The notes: generated from the sequence alone by a model not told the origin. Positions 28,249-41,340 are shown, numbered from the stretch's first letter. The stretch: DNA of 64,000 nt from Octopus vulgaris (GCA_951406725.2 OX597817.1:109058001-109122000), one strand, 5' to 3'. Translations and numbers: made by a program.

Positions 28249-29359
28249 AACAGAAGCGCTGAATAAATTGTCTCTAAATTACGCAAAATAAAACTACACT
28301 CACATCTCATTTTAACAGATATATTTACCAAAATTACATAAAAATATCTTGAAATACTAAAGAGTTAATTCATTCAATAAAAGCAACATTGGCTTCAACC
28401 ACGGACTTTAGACGACGTCAGAATCTCCAGCAACTCTTCTGGATGTTCTCCTTGTATAAGTTGGTGAATGCTGCTATAATTCTAGCCTTCAGTTCATCGT
28501 TTTGTGTTACAGGCATTTTTGTTGGACTGTTGCCCCAATGACCCGCACACATAATAATCAGTCGGAGGGTATTGTCTGGGGAGCTAGGTGGCCAGATGTT
28601 AGGGGTGATGTAGTTGCAGAAATTGTCTGGCAGCCATGAGTGGGCTCTCTTGCTTGTGTGGCATGGGGCAGAGTCCTGTTACCAGGCATAGGGTTTTCCA
28701 ACTGCCACCGTCTTGACCGTAGAGCTACACTACCTCCTCCAAGCACCTAACGTACGACTCCGTGTTAAGTCTGAGGCCGTGTAAGAAGATGAATGGAGGT
28801 ATAACGTCGCCATCACTAGTGATCACTCCAAACACTATGATGTTAATTGGATGTTTGATTTTTATCATTCGCATTTTATATTTTGGAGATAAGCAAGCCA
28901 ACGGTTGTTCTGTGTGCTCACCAACTGATCCTCACTAAAATTTTCTCATCTAAGAATCAAAGCATGGTAGGGATGCTTGATTTTTTTCAAAAGCTTCGTA
29001 GCGTGATCTTTTCTTTTGTCCTTGATGGCTTGGGATAAAAATTTCTCATCTTGTAGGAGGCTTGGGATAAAAATTTCTCATCTTGTATGAGGAATACCGA
29101 ATGTCCTCATGCACTACCTTCCTCGTACCTCAGATGGTCCCATGTTCTTGACGATGAACCTGATTGACTTAGAGGGATCGTTGTCAATTTCCAAATTTCC
29201 GGCAGAGTGAATTGCGTCATGGTGCTCTTTACCTGACAGACGGTGCCCAACTAACCCTACTATACTGTGTAGACGACAAAATCAAAAGCAAACAATGTAC
29301 ATGCGTAAAATAAAAAAAATATATAAAATGGTGATAATTTACCCATCGCACCTTGTGTA
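28249..29359 (-). mobile_element. Tc1/mariner-superfamily transposon relic (maT/DD37D-like)
   Basis: PYAW*QDSAPCHTSKR..WL..WPPSSPD..DYYV..ELKARI..RRLKSVVEAN. Degenerate TIRs caaggtgcgatgggtaaatt / cagaagcgctgaataaatt. Internal 32-bp tandem duplication at 29027-29090. Confidence 0.85.
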
Positions 29360-29574
29360 TGTATAAATCTATATATCTATATATATATATAATAAAATAA
29401 ATAATATAAAAAAATATATGCATATATACATGCATATATGTACATACCTTCCTTATATGTATATATACATACATATATGGGAATAGGACATGAAAAATCG
29501 TTGAACACAAGGAGAAGCGAAAACATAAAAGCAAAAACATAGAAACGAACTCTTTTTGGAACAACGAAAAACAA

Positions 29575-29706
29575 GAACAAACAGAGAAACGAGTCATGCA
29601 ACAAAAAGAATATTCCCCTTCTTCAGTTGTCTCTGTTTCATCTACTCCGTTTTTTGCGAAGGCAAGGACAATACGCGACTTCATGAAACAGTCCTTCACG
29701 CAAATC

Positions 29707-29768
<62 letters not shown>

Positions 29769-29786
29769 TTACTAGTTCTATAAAGG
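29575..29786. repeat. About 200-bp direct repeat, copy 2
   Basis: Matches 25889-26088. Here the element extends further left to about 29478, and a further fragment lies at about 33880-33930. Confidence 0.9.
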
Positions 29787-29809
29787 CTAGCTGACTGAAA
29801 CATGGGAGT

Positions 29810-31020
29810 CATATCATTTTTGAATTTTTGTAAAAGAAATTATAACGAATTTAATGGTAAAATAAAAAAAATACTGAAAGACTATCACATTCGCAAATTC
29901 TCTTTGAAATATATTTATAACGTAGGAAGCGATCGCTCCTCTCTCAGTTGTAAGTTTGAGGATTGTCTCTAAGGTATTTGTGAACATGCCAGTGACATTG
30001 ACAACGTCGTAGGTATTTTTGTCAATTGCAGTGATTTCATCATCAACCATGCGTGGGGAAAGCAGTTGAATTCTTTCCAATAACCAAGCAATACTGTCGC
30101 AAAGCTCTAACGGTGTTTCTTTTTCATTACTTCAGACTGCACAACCTTGGTTATCTCAACTTGTTCGGCAAATCCCTACACAACCTTCTTTCCACCCGTC
30201 TGATTATCACTCACAATGCTCTTAGAGTCATAATGATGCTGTTTGAGACACCTTATGTAAAGCTTGTAGTTTCCTGCCAAATCTGTGGTTTCATTCTTAG
30301 CTACAAGATTCGGCCGTATTTTAGCAAGCGAATTGAGTATGTCAATCTGGCCTTCTTCTGAATATACTTAGTTATTACCTGTATAATGCCAGCCTCTTGT
30401 ACCAGTACGCAACTGTTTGGACTCTTCCAGGTCCCTTCTTCCTATATAGTTTGCCTACAGCTATGGTGAAAATTTTAGAGTCGATTGTTAAATGATTTAC
30501 TCTTGGTGCTGTTACAGTATTCTCTCCAAACTGTCTTTAGCAATGGCGTATTCTGTTTGAAGTATCTCGTTTTGTTCCCGAACTTAGATCAAAATGTTTT
30601 AAGTTCTTCTGGGGAAAGAGTTTTCTTAACAATAATATTTTTTCTTTCTCATCTCCTTGGAGATTGCCTGAGGGTTGGAAGTTGACTTGTTATTTATGAT
30701 GGCTCACTCGGATAGTTTTGCACAAGTTTTCACTCAGAGTTCTGAGGTCGTGCTTTAAAGTAATTAGTTTTTCTTCAAGAGCTATGCTGAGAAGACTCGT
30801 CGAAGAGTTTTCTTATTTTTTGCCTAAGATGTAATTGGTGAGCTGTGAGTTCATTCTTCTCCTTAGATCGTGATTAACTATCCACTATAGCGTCGCAGAT
30901 TGTTAATTCCTTGATTGTGCATAGCAGATTGTGGCCGGTTCTCAGTGTTTTGAGAAGATCGACTGGTGGGAAAAACAACTGCCGTCTGTGATAGCCTTTA
31001 GTTTCAAGAAAAAGTATCAA
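29810..31020 (-). mobile_element. R4/Dong-like RLE LINE, RT N-terminal and core fragment
   Basis: WKSP, LVAKNETTDLAGNY, DNQTGGKK..EQ, GYWKEFNCFPHAWL (DYxKAFDSxPHxWL), IFQ..FFILPLN. Confidence 0.75.
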
Positions 31021-31255
31021 TTGCCGAAGAAGTTATACTGTAAGATAATGTATATATGTATTTGTTCAGTTTTATTTCAAGATTTTTTGCCAATAGAGAA
31101 AGAGCCGGTTCCGAACCTAGATTCAATGCTCCTTCATTGGAATCAACAACAGGGTATTTTTATTAGAATATATGTATGTGTACAGATTTATATGTTCTGC
31201 TTTATGTATGTATTCCCATATAGATATTTGCATATCTAGTCATGCTCATATATAT

Positions 31256-32920
31256 TTAAATGATAAACTTCTGGAAAGTTTTACAGATTTTTACAGTTCC
31301 GGTGATAGATTGGATCTGTAGTCTTTCTGGTTTTGAGAAGCTTAATTTCACAAGACTGGTATTGAGGCAGTGTATCACATATCCCAGTGCCCCAATAATT
31401 ACAGGTATAAACCTGAACTTGTAATCTTGATAGATTAACAGCAGATTTCTCAATTGTTCAGCGTAGGTACCCTTTTTTTCACAGATCTTCAGCTTTATGT
31501 TAACATCCGATGGGCAGCTAATATTCACAACTGTACACAGTTTCTCTTCTCTATCTCAAATCATTATATCAGGTCTGTTGTCCTTATATTTTATTGAGGT
31601 CTTCATTCGGACATTCCACCAGTACTCCTTGTTACTATGAGTGGCGAGTGGTTATGGCTTATCCCATGCTGTGGGTTCTTATTTCTTTGTCCTCAGGGAT
31701 TATCTTTTTGACGGATTTCATTATAGAGTGTCCTGGCTACATTATGTCTCATCAGAAGATAATATCGTGATGAAATTTTCGGACAGCTGCTTATAATGTA
31801 GGTGATATCTTCTGTGTTTACTCCATAAAGTCTGCATCGGTTGTCACATTTTACTGCTTTTTCTGCATCTCTATCCTTTTTGTTCATCAGGTACTTGGCT
31901 GATATTGTTCATGGATTGCAAACATATACCCTTCAAAGTGGGAGGTAGTACTCTGGCTATTGGTCCATAAAAAACTGCTTTGATGATCGGTGTTACTATC
32001 ATCTCGGAGTTTTCTACAAACATATCCATGCATAGTCTTCAACTCACATACGCTCATCCTTCCATCTGATGATACGTTGCAGTGGTAGACTCGTGGGACT
32101 TCTTGGGGCATATATTCTAGGTGATACGACAAAGATTGTTGCTCAATGAGCTGCCTTTCGAACCTTATGATGTTATCAGCTTCATGTATGCAAACTTGGT
32201 CAAGTTATGCACTTCAACACTTGGTGGTTAAACGATATTGCCGAAAGGATACGATACGACATTCAAAGGTATTTTGGATCGATGTTCAGCATCTGCCGCT
32301 TTATTTTCGTTTTAGGTAGAGGCAGTCTATGTCACTGTTTATGTGAAAATTATGTGTGCTTGTTAGTATTTTTCGGGTTTACACGTCAATGGCTCGCATC
32401 TCATCAAGCGTCCAATCAAGCAGCCCAAATATTGGTATGAGTACTTACACTGCAAACACATTGTGGGCCTCTGTTTTATTGAATGTTAGTTAGTTAGTTA
32501 ATTTGGCTCAAAAGCAAATAGCAAGGCCATGTAGGGGGACATGGAGTTAAGTACAGGGTGGTGTTCATGTAAAGAGTTCAGGCCACTTGAGGTCCAGGGA
32601 GGCTTTGAACAAAGCGGTCGTCGGCATCTTCACCATCTCGTCTGGCAGCTTGTTCCACGGATCCGCAACCCGGACGGAGAAAGCTCCTCTCCTTCGATTG
32701 AGATGAAATCGTCGCAGGTAGAGCTACAAAGTTCTGAGGTCCAAATTTTCTTTATTCGGCCGTAATATTCTTTAGTGATACGTGATTTATTACAGGTGCT
32801 ATTGTAAGATATGTTTTCGACCACCCCTAGATACCTGTAAAATTCCTCGTCAGATATAGGGAAAACAGTCATATCATTGGTGGCGATGTTACTAGTCTGG
32901 TTTATAGTTACCCTGCTTTT
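31256..32920 (-). mobile_element. R4/Dong-like RLE LINE, 3' fragment (RT thumb, CCHC knuckle, PD-(D/E)xK endonuclease)
   Basis: YRYLGV, RIKKIWTSEL..FNKTEAHNVFAV..FGLLDWT..TRKIL, CRL..EDITYIISSC..YLLMRHNVA, NRPDIMI..NISCP..EK..Y..IPVIIGALG. Confidence 0.9.
32486..32725 (-). mobile_element. CR1/L2-clade LINE 3' end nested inside the R4-like element
   Basis: LYLRRFHLNRRRGAFSVRVADPWNKLPDEMVK..LFKASLD with a (TAAC)n tail. The R4 motif SELC|AFNK is split at both junctions. Confidence 0.85.
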
Positions 32921-32921
32921 C

Positions 32922-32952
<31 letters not shown>

Positions 32953-33547
32953 TGTATGTATGTATGTATGTATGTATGTATGTATGTATGTATGTGTGTG
33001 TATGTACTATGTATGCACGTACGCATGAATGCATGTATGTATGCATGCATGTATGTATGCATGCATGTATGTGTGTATGTGTGTATGTATGTATGTAAAT
33101 TAAAGAGTACTAGACAGAGGAAGAGCGATAGAAGGAGAGATATGCAAATTTTATGATGATGGCGGCCGTGTTCGTACTCGCCGCCTGACGCTGAAGATTC
33201 AACACGATCAACAGAAATTGTTTGCCACTGAACGTATAAATGGCTGAGAAGTCAAAAGTCATGTGTACTCTTAATATAATTCTCAGCGTGACACGATGTG
33301 AGTGACAATGCTTTTTCTTCTGAATCGCTGGTACAATACACATGACAAGCACCTCCAGAGTTTCCGTATATCCAGTATAATTCACAAGGTATGAGTCGAT
33401 ATTACTGAAAATAACACATCCAAAATTCTATGCATTAGGTCCAACGAGACCCTATGGTAGTGAGGCAAACTTCTTTAACACTCGGATATACTACGCTTAA
33501 AATTACCTATATAGATATATATATAAATATAATAATATAAATTCTGA

Positions 33548-33840
33548 GACCCACTTCGGTCACGACACAGACCATGGGATTGCACCTAGAAAGTTACCAT
33601 CCCAGGCACAAGTCCGGGCAAGGTTGTTTATGGAAGACCAGCAGTCGCCCATGCATACCGGCCTCCCCTCTCCACGCCACCAGTGTTATCCAAGGGAAAG
33701 GAAAGCACTGAGTGAACTGGAGCAACGTAAAATAAAGTGTCTTGCTCATGAACACAACACGCAGCCCGGTCCCGAATTCGAGCTCACAACCTCACGATCG
33801 TAAGCTCGACGCTCTAACCACTGAGCCATGCACCTTCACA
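33548..33840 (-). mobile_element. tRNA-derived SINE (family C)
   Basis: Minus strand tggctcagtggttagagcg (A box), gagctcgaattc (B-box-like), CORE-like gagcaagacacttt, then an RTE-related body. Confidence 0.8.
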
Positions 33841-34617
33841 TAATATAAATAATATATAACTATTTGCATATATACATACATAGAAACGAACTTATTTTTG
33901 AACAACGAAAAAAACAGAGAAACAAGAGCTTTATATAGAAAGTAAATTCTAATTATTATGTATAATTACATTTAGATGTTTCTTATTGTTATAGATATTT
34001 CAAATGTCTAGTGCGAAAATACATTTAAACGCTTGCGTAGGAAGACATAGTACATAATAGCATATGTAAAAATGCATACACATGTTCATGCACAGACACA
34101 AACATACAACACATATAAATATATGTAATGTGTACACTACATATATATATATATATATGTAGTGTATACGCACACACACACACGCGCATATAGTGGGAAG
34201 TTAAACGTTGTCTCTAGTCATAGAGTGACCGTTGGTTTCTGCACCTAGAAAGCGCTTAGCAGTATAGGTGAAGCGTATTCTCGGTATAAGACCAATGGTC
34301 ACTCAATGATTGGTCATAAATGTTAACTTACTAAAAGATGCATTACTACTGTAATGCTTTAGAGTGTGCTTCTTTTTCGGAAATAGGAATTATTGACGAT
34401 GTGTGTGTGTGCGTGCATGCGTGTTTGTGTGCGTACGTGTATGTGTATGTTTGTGTGCGTACGTGTATGTGTATGTTACTGAGCCTGTCTACAAATATGT
34501 TTTCATTCTCCTACTCACGTTCAATTATTATCCGAAGTTTAATAACGATATGGTTGAATGATTCCGCAATTAAATGATGACTCACAAATTCAGGAAATAC
34601 TTTTTTATGAAATTTCA

Positions 34618-35026
34618 TACAGGAGTGGCTGTGTGGTAAGTAGCTTGGTTCCGGGTTCAGTCCCACTGCGTTGCACCTTGGGCAAGTGTCTTCTGCTATA
34701 GCCCCGGGCCGACCAAAGCCTTGTGAGTGGATTTGGTAGACGGAAACTGAAAGAAGCCTGTCGTATATATGTATATGTATATATATATGTATGTGTGTGT
34801 GTGTGTGTTTGTGTGTTTGTGTTTGTCCCCCTAGCATTGCTTGACAACCGATGCTGGTGTGTCTACGTCCCCGTAACTTAGCGGTTCGGCAAAAGAGACC
34901 GATAGAATAAGTACTGGGGTTACAAAGAATAAGTCCCGGGGTCGATTTAATCGACTAAAGGTGGTGCTCCAGCACGGCCGCAATCAAAGGACTGAAACAA
35001 GTAAATGAGTAAAAGAGTAAAGAGTA
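34618..35026 (+). mobile_element. Family A tRNA SINE, near full length
   Basis: Same head, internal TA/TG microsatellite and gagtaaaagag tail as the 25135 copy. Confidence 0.93.
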
Positions 35027-35679
35027 TCTGCCAAACATTCGAAAATCTTAGTCAAATTTTCCTCAATATATTTCATTTCGAATAACAGTATCTTAGTAGC
35101 ATACACACACATACTTTTGTCACTTCAAACTGATGACATTCAAGTCGACCAAATACTAGCAAAAGGCACGCCAAATAATATGGAATGATTTCTTCTTAAC
35201 TTGTGACGTGTTGGAATTTTCACTAGGCTGTACGGTGAATTACGGTCTTTACTGCGATTATATGAAGAAATTGATCGATCAACAAAAGAGACAAAAGTTG
35301 TAGAGAAGCTACAATTAGCTGTTGGCTCATAACAAAGTGCCTGGCAGCACTTACCTTAATAATATGAAGTTTTAGACGAAAACAAAATGCATAAATGTGT
35401 GCACACGCACGTATATACATGTCTTGAAATATATGTATGTGTGTATATATATATCTCTGTGTGTGTACCTCTGTGTGTTTGTGTGTTTATGTGCATGTTG
35501 GCGTAAATGTGCATGCGTAAGTATTTACGTGTATGTGGAGAGTGCCCGCGTCTGTGTGTTTTGTTGGTGTCATAAGAATATTATATATCTTCGAATGAAG
35601 GTGAAGCAATTCTTTTTGGAATAACTTGAAATATAAACATAAAGCTACAAATTCTTCTTTACTATACGCAGAGAGTACG

Positions 35680-35865
35680 GAATTTTGCCGGGATGGAGAT
35701 AATCGATTTTATCGACTTCAGTGCTAAACTGATTACTTATATCATCAACCCCCGAAATAATGAAAGACAACGTCGACTTCATCGGAATGTGTAAGCATAA
35801 CGTAAAACCAGAAGAAATGCCGCCAAAAGAATTTTTTCTGGCGAGATAATGATTCTGGCTGCGCC
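35680..35865 (-). mobile_element. Family-B SINE, diverged
   Basis: atcgattttatcgacttcagtg...acccccgaaataatgaaagac...gattctggc. Confidence 0.7.
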
Positions 35866-35891
35866 TAAATAAAGCAATAAATAGCAGCATG

Positions 35892-35936
<45 letters not shown>

Positions 35937-36189
35937 TTATATATATATATATACATATATATACATATACATACATACATATATATACATATACATACAT
36001 ACATATATGTATGCATATATATATGTGTGTATATATGTACCCACATATATATGTATATATATATGTGTGTGTATATATATACACATATATATATACATAT
36101 ATATGTATATATATATATGTATGTATATGTATATATATGTATATATATATATATATATACAAGTATATATATATGTATACATATATATA

Positions 36190-36260
<71 letters not shown>

Positions 36261-36537
36261 TATATATAAATTATTTGAGGGAATATTATTCCTAACTTAC
36301 AGGGAAAAATTCAATTTAGAAATGCTAAATCAAATTTTACAAAATATAATATATATATATACATTAGAAAAAACCCCACCTTTTATCAATTCAAAATGAA
36401 CAATTAAATTACACCATCTAGAAAATTACATATAATAGAACTATTAAAAATAAAATAACAATAATATACCGATTATTAAGTAAATTGCAAAATAATAATA
36501 AAAACATATATTTGCCAATAAATAAGTATATACATAT

Positions 36538-36751
36538 ACTCTTTTACTCTTTTACTTGTTTCAGTCATTTAACTGCGGTCATGCTGGATCATCGCCTTTA
36601 GTCGAGCAAATCGACCCCGGGACTTATTCTTTGTAAGACCAGTACTTATTCTATCGGTCTCTTTTGCCGAACCGCTAGATGACGGTGACGTAAACACACC
36701 AGCATCGGTTGTCAAGCAATGCTAGGGGGACAAACACAGACACACAAACAC

Positions 36752-36792
<41 letters not shown>

Positions 36793-36946
36793 CATATTTA
36801 CGACAGGCGTCTTTCAGTTTCCGTCTACCAAATCCACTCACAAGGCATTGGTCGGCCCGGGGCTATAGCAGAAGACACTTGCCCAAGATGCCACGCAGTG
36901 GGACTGAACCCAGAACCATGTGGTTGGTTAGCAAGCCACTCCTGTG
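36538..36946 (-). mobile_element. Family A tRNA SINE, full length
   Basis: Reverse complement of the family A sequence. Confidence 0.93.
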
Positions 36947-36967
36947 CGTATATATATATATATATAA

Positions 36968-37561
36968 ACAAAGTAGTAAATAAATGACACAACTAAGTAC
37001 CGATATTTACTGGAAATAGCGAACGTAAAAATACGACGCTAATGTATAGCTTCACCGCGTATGTATTAGTAAAAATGCGTGTGTGCAACAAACTAGAGAA
37101 AAACGTCTTACCTCCAGGGAGAACATCTGAAAGATGAAATACCCGGAAAAGGATAATGTGGGACCTGCAGGTTTCAGATTTTACAAGATATGACTGCCAC
37201 CCATATCTTATTCTATCTTCATCAGCCAAGCATATACCATGACGAAATCTACGATGTTACCACATTATTACTATTACCTTCGACTGAAACGCGGAACGCC
37301 AACAGTACGAAAAACGGTGAAGAAGCTTCAATAAATTAGTAATGCAATACAAAGTATCGCCTTCCAGTAAAGTTTGTTGCACACACGCATTTTTACTAAT
37401 ACATACGCGGTGAAGCTATACATTAGCGTCGTATTTTTACGTTCGCTATTTCCAGTAAATATCGGTACTTAGTTGTGCCATTTATTTACTACTTTGTGTA
37501 TTTTTCCCTCACGGGCTATTCTTTACTGGAAGGCGATACTTTGTATCGCATTACTAATTTA
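36968..37561. repeat. Interlocked inverted repeats in the order A-B-A'-B'
   Basis: A 36968-37094 / A' 37371-37497 (127 bp); B 37332-37372 / B' 37521-37561 (41 bp). Confidence 0.9.
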
Positions 37562-37571
37562 TATATATATA

Positions 37572-37797
37572 TACTTGGTGTTCTTCAGTAATCTAAGTAA
37601 TATTGTTAGCCTGGTGTGCCATCAGAGACCTTATGAAATATTTTACTTGGACTGATAATCCCTCACTATTTGTTATATATATCGACTCCAGTGCTGAACT
37701 GATTACTTATATCATCAACCCCCGAAATGATGAAAGACAGTGTCTGTTGGCACACCAGGCTAACAATATTTCTTAGATTAGTGAAGAACTCCAAGTA
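37572..37797. repeat. Fold-back with 50-bp arms enclosing a copied SINE fragment
   Basis: 37572-37621 is the reverse complement of 37748-37797, and about 37680-37742 matches about 35710-35775. Confidence 0.88.
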
Positions 37798-38940
37798 ATC
37801 TTTTGGTAGAGCCCATGTTATGGTTCATCATAATTTTATATTGTAAATCCGTGGTTGGGCTTCAGATAAGCTGGTTTTTACAGAGTGGTCTATAATAAAC
37901 AAGTTAGCACAATAGTCATTACATATAATTCCTTTATTATAGCAAATGTGTGTTACAGCTATAAGCAACTACTTTGAAACTGCCAGCTTCTGTATCCAGA
38001 TTATACATTTACATTTATATCAATAATAATTGGTGAGTATTTGCCTAAGGGAAAATATGGAGAAGCTAGAGTCTTCACAAAACGAAACTCAATCAACTAA
38101 TTGCACATTACTATTACTGTAAGTGGAACAGTAAAAACATGCATAACTTTTCTCAAGCTTAAGATTTGACATTGCTTTTGTTATCTACATTCCAATCATA
38201 TTTTGAAAAATCAGCTCCTTTTTCGGGAGAAGAATTTAAATCATTGAAAACAGCAGAGAACATAAAATACATACGCATTTACAGATATAATATGTGTCTC
38301 AGATCACGTCTGTGTACGTATATATTTATATTAGTAGGTATGCATGAATGTGCGTGAGTGTGTGTGCGTGCATGTGTGTGATGGCCGCTTCCTCTTTCTC
38401 AAGTGTAAGCCAGTACGCCCTGTGATACTTGTGCATGATACTTTTTAAAGAGAGGAGACACCTTGCACATAACTTAATCCTCTCTGGATAGCGATACATA
38501 AAGCAAAAAGAAAAACTAATCAACATCATTGGTGGCCATCGAGTCGCATGTTTCACATGTTAGTTTTCCCTCTCCTAGAGTGACGAGGACTAGTATCACG
38601 CACTCCCAATAATGTACTGCACCATGCCTACTTTCTTATTTTCATGTATCTCTACAGACCGAAACCGTTGTGCTTAGCTCATTGTTGAAAACGTGTCAAC
38701 ACTCTGCACAGCCAGTGTGATTTTGCACCAAAGTCAACCCGTCGATGATTGTCGGAGGAACTACAGCTGTTCATGAAACATGGCAAGACCAAACTTAAGT
38801 ACACAGTATATGATGGCTGTTGACTTTAAATAAGTTCATCCTCCCTTTGATAGGCTTTGTTTTCCATTTTGCAGTATGTATATGTGTTTATACGTAAACA
38901 CACACACAAACACACACACACATACACACATATACATATA

Positions 38941-38989
<49 letters not shown>

Positions 38990-39019
38990 ATGCTATGTAA
39001 GTAAACAAACAAATACACA

Positions 39020-39087
<68 letters not shown>

Positions 39088-39228
39088 AGGAATTGAAACA
39101 GTATTTAATCAAAACAGATATAGGCCAGTTACTGCAGTATTCGTCTTGAGATAAAAACTCTTATGGATATACTCTTTCAGAAACAGAGAAAGAATAGTTG
39201 AAAACTCTTCCTAGCAGCAGCCACTTAC

Positions 39229-39417
39229 ATTTTCGTGATTTGGGGTGTACTCGCAACCAACCACATCTCTGAAAGCGAATTTTCTGTTTACCAATACAAG
39301 AAACAGTGAATGAAACATCCATTGATGTTGCGAAAACCTGCTCGGTTGAAAAAAATCTCGAATACGCAATTCAGGCAATATTAAATTTAAATAGCAATCT
39401 TTGTATGAATGGTGTAC
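39229..39417 (-). other. Candidate spliced exon (189 nt, phase 0-0)
   Basis: cttactgcag|GTACAC...GAAAAT|gtaagt with one open frame VHHSYKDC...TPNHEN. No homology recognised. Confidence 0.3.
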
Positions 39418-39809
39418 CTGCAGTAAGCATGATATACACATTGGCTATATATTTGATTTCTTGATAATGCACATATTTAGGTTTTGCCTTTTACTTCTTC
39501 GATGTTGTTTTTTCTGCTGTTTCTATGTTCCTCGCTCCATCAAAACAAGTAACGAATATCTAATTAGCACAACGAAACATTCCTAGTGATTTGGATAGGC
39601 ATAGTTTACAGATTAATTTATTTTAATTTAATTATGTTTTACAATTACGTAATTATATATTAGGTGGTGTGACTGCTGAGCATAATTAAAGTATTGAATG
39701 TCTCATTTCCTGCTAAATATGTTGCTCTTGAAGATGGTTTTAACAGACTATACATATGCATGCAAGTCAGTTCCACTCGGATTTACTATAGTGCTATAAC
39801 ATGTTGGAC

Positions 39810-39870
<61 letters not shown>

Positions 39871-39977
39871 GAGAGAAAAATATTTTCCGTATAGAATACA
39901 CTCCATAGTGGTCAAGGAAATTAAACTTGAGTATGTATTCATATATCTGTGTGTGTGTACGTGTGTGTGTGTGTGTG

Positions 39978-40017
<40 letters not shown>

Positions 40018-40044
40018 AATGTATGTATGTGTGTATGCATACAT

Positions 40045-40210
40045 TATCTTTTACTGTAGACTGCGGTCCTGCAGAAACACCTCGAAGAATTTTTAGTTGA
40101 ATGAATCGACCCCAAAGACTTTTTCTTTTTGAACTTGATACTTACCCTAGCGGTCTTTTTGCAGAAGCGATTGTCAAGCGGGACAAAGACAGCCGGAAAT
40201 ACACAAACAC

Positions 40211-40280
<70 letters not shown>

Positions 40281-40283
40281 TCT

Positions 40284-40316
<33 letters not shown>

Positions 40317-40422
40317 ACATACATGCAGACATACATATACAGTCATCACACCCACATACGCCTGGCTTCTTTCAGTTTCCGTCTACTAAATCCACACACA
40401 TGAGCCTTGGTCAGCCCGATGT
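40045..40422 (-). mobile_element. Family A SINE, 5'-truncated, with (CT)n/(CA)n internal microsatellite
   Basis: gactgcggtc...aatcgacccc...cttctttcagtttccgtctactaaatcc. Confidence 0.8.
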
Positions 40423-40745
40423 TATAATGGATGTACAAACGCTCACATAAACGTGGTCTGGCGCACGTACAATCCCTCGCACAAATATACACGCACCTAC
40501 AAGCACACACAAACACTTGTAGTTTGGCGCACTTACGCTCGCACACATAATTAAATGAGGAATACTTATAGAGAGACTCAAGTTGGTATTTTTATCACTT
40601 TAAGCGATATATAATAACCAAGAGGTATCCCAGTGATACTGGAAACTAAAGTGATATTGTGTTTATAAGAATGTGGAGGTTGCAGTTATTTATCCGTACA
40701 CTTCGGTAAAATGTGGTCATTAATTTAGCTAACGATTACTCTAAT

Positions 40746-41340
40746 TCATGTCCACTGTATTGTGCGAAAAGTATATTTAGTAGCATATAAGCATCTTGAT
40801 AGTCTTTCAGAAATCCTATTGATGAGCTTCTCATTGGTCCACCAATTGGACAGCGATTTCTCGGTGCACAGTTTGCTTCTCCTAGAAAGGACGTTGTACG
40901 GTTGTGCAAGTCTTATTATCCTCCTTAAATTGCCACATAAAATCAGCCAAAGACCTTGAGTGCCTCTTAATAATTTTATTGATGCTGGCATCATTGTTTC
41001 GATATAGGTGCTTGAAAGATTCAGTCGTTGCACCAATGTAAACGTACGGTCCTACCTTTAAGTGTACAGTGCACTTATATACAACATTGATACTCATACA
41101 AAGGTTCGTGAATGGGCATTTCGTGTCAGATATTAGTTATGGATCTTCTATGAGAATGAAGCTGTATACCTTCATCTACCATTTGAATATACGAAGACCA
41201 AGAAGAAATCTTGCAGAGTATTTTAACAAGCTACCTCTTGAAATCATCTTTGGAGACACTTCTATACAGAGGGATGCACCTAAACTAGATGTTCAGTATC
41301 CAACCCGCGAGAGATCGATGCTAGATAGGTTGAAACAGTT
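40746..41340 (-). mobile_element. Penelope-like (Naiad-type) GIY-YIG endonuclease pseudogene
   Basis: KCPFTNLCMSINVVYKCTV..YIGAT..FK..YRN..SLADFMWQFK..AQPYN..KLCTEK..LINR..RCLY matches the PLE GIY-YIG domain with its C-terminal Cys/His motif. Confidence 0.88.

Noticed and set aside
33765-33838. tRNA genes here and at about 5355 and 54750
   Set aside because: The A/B boxes run directly into SINE bodies and I could not build a convincing cloverleaf; they are SINE heads.
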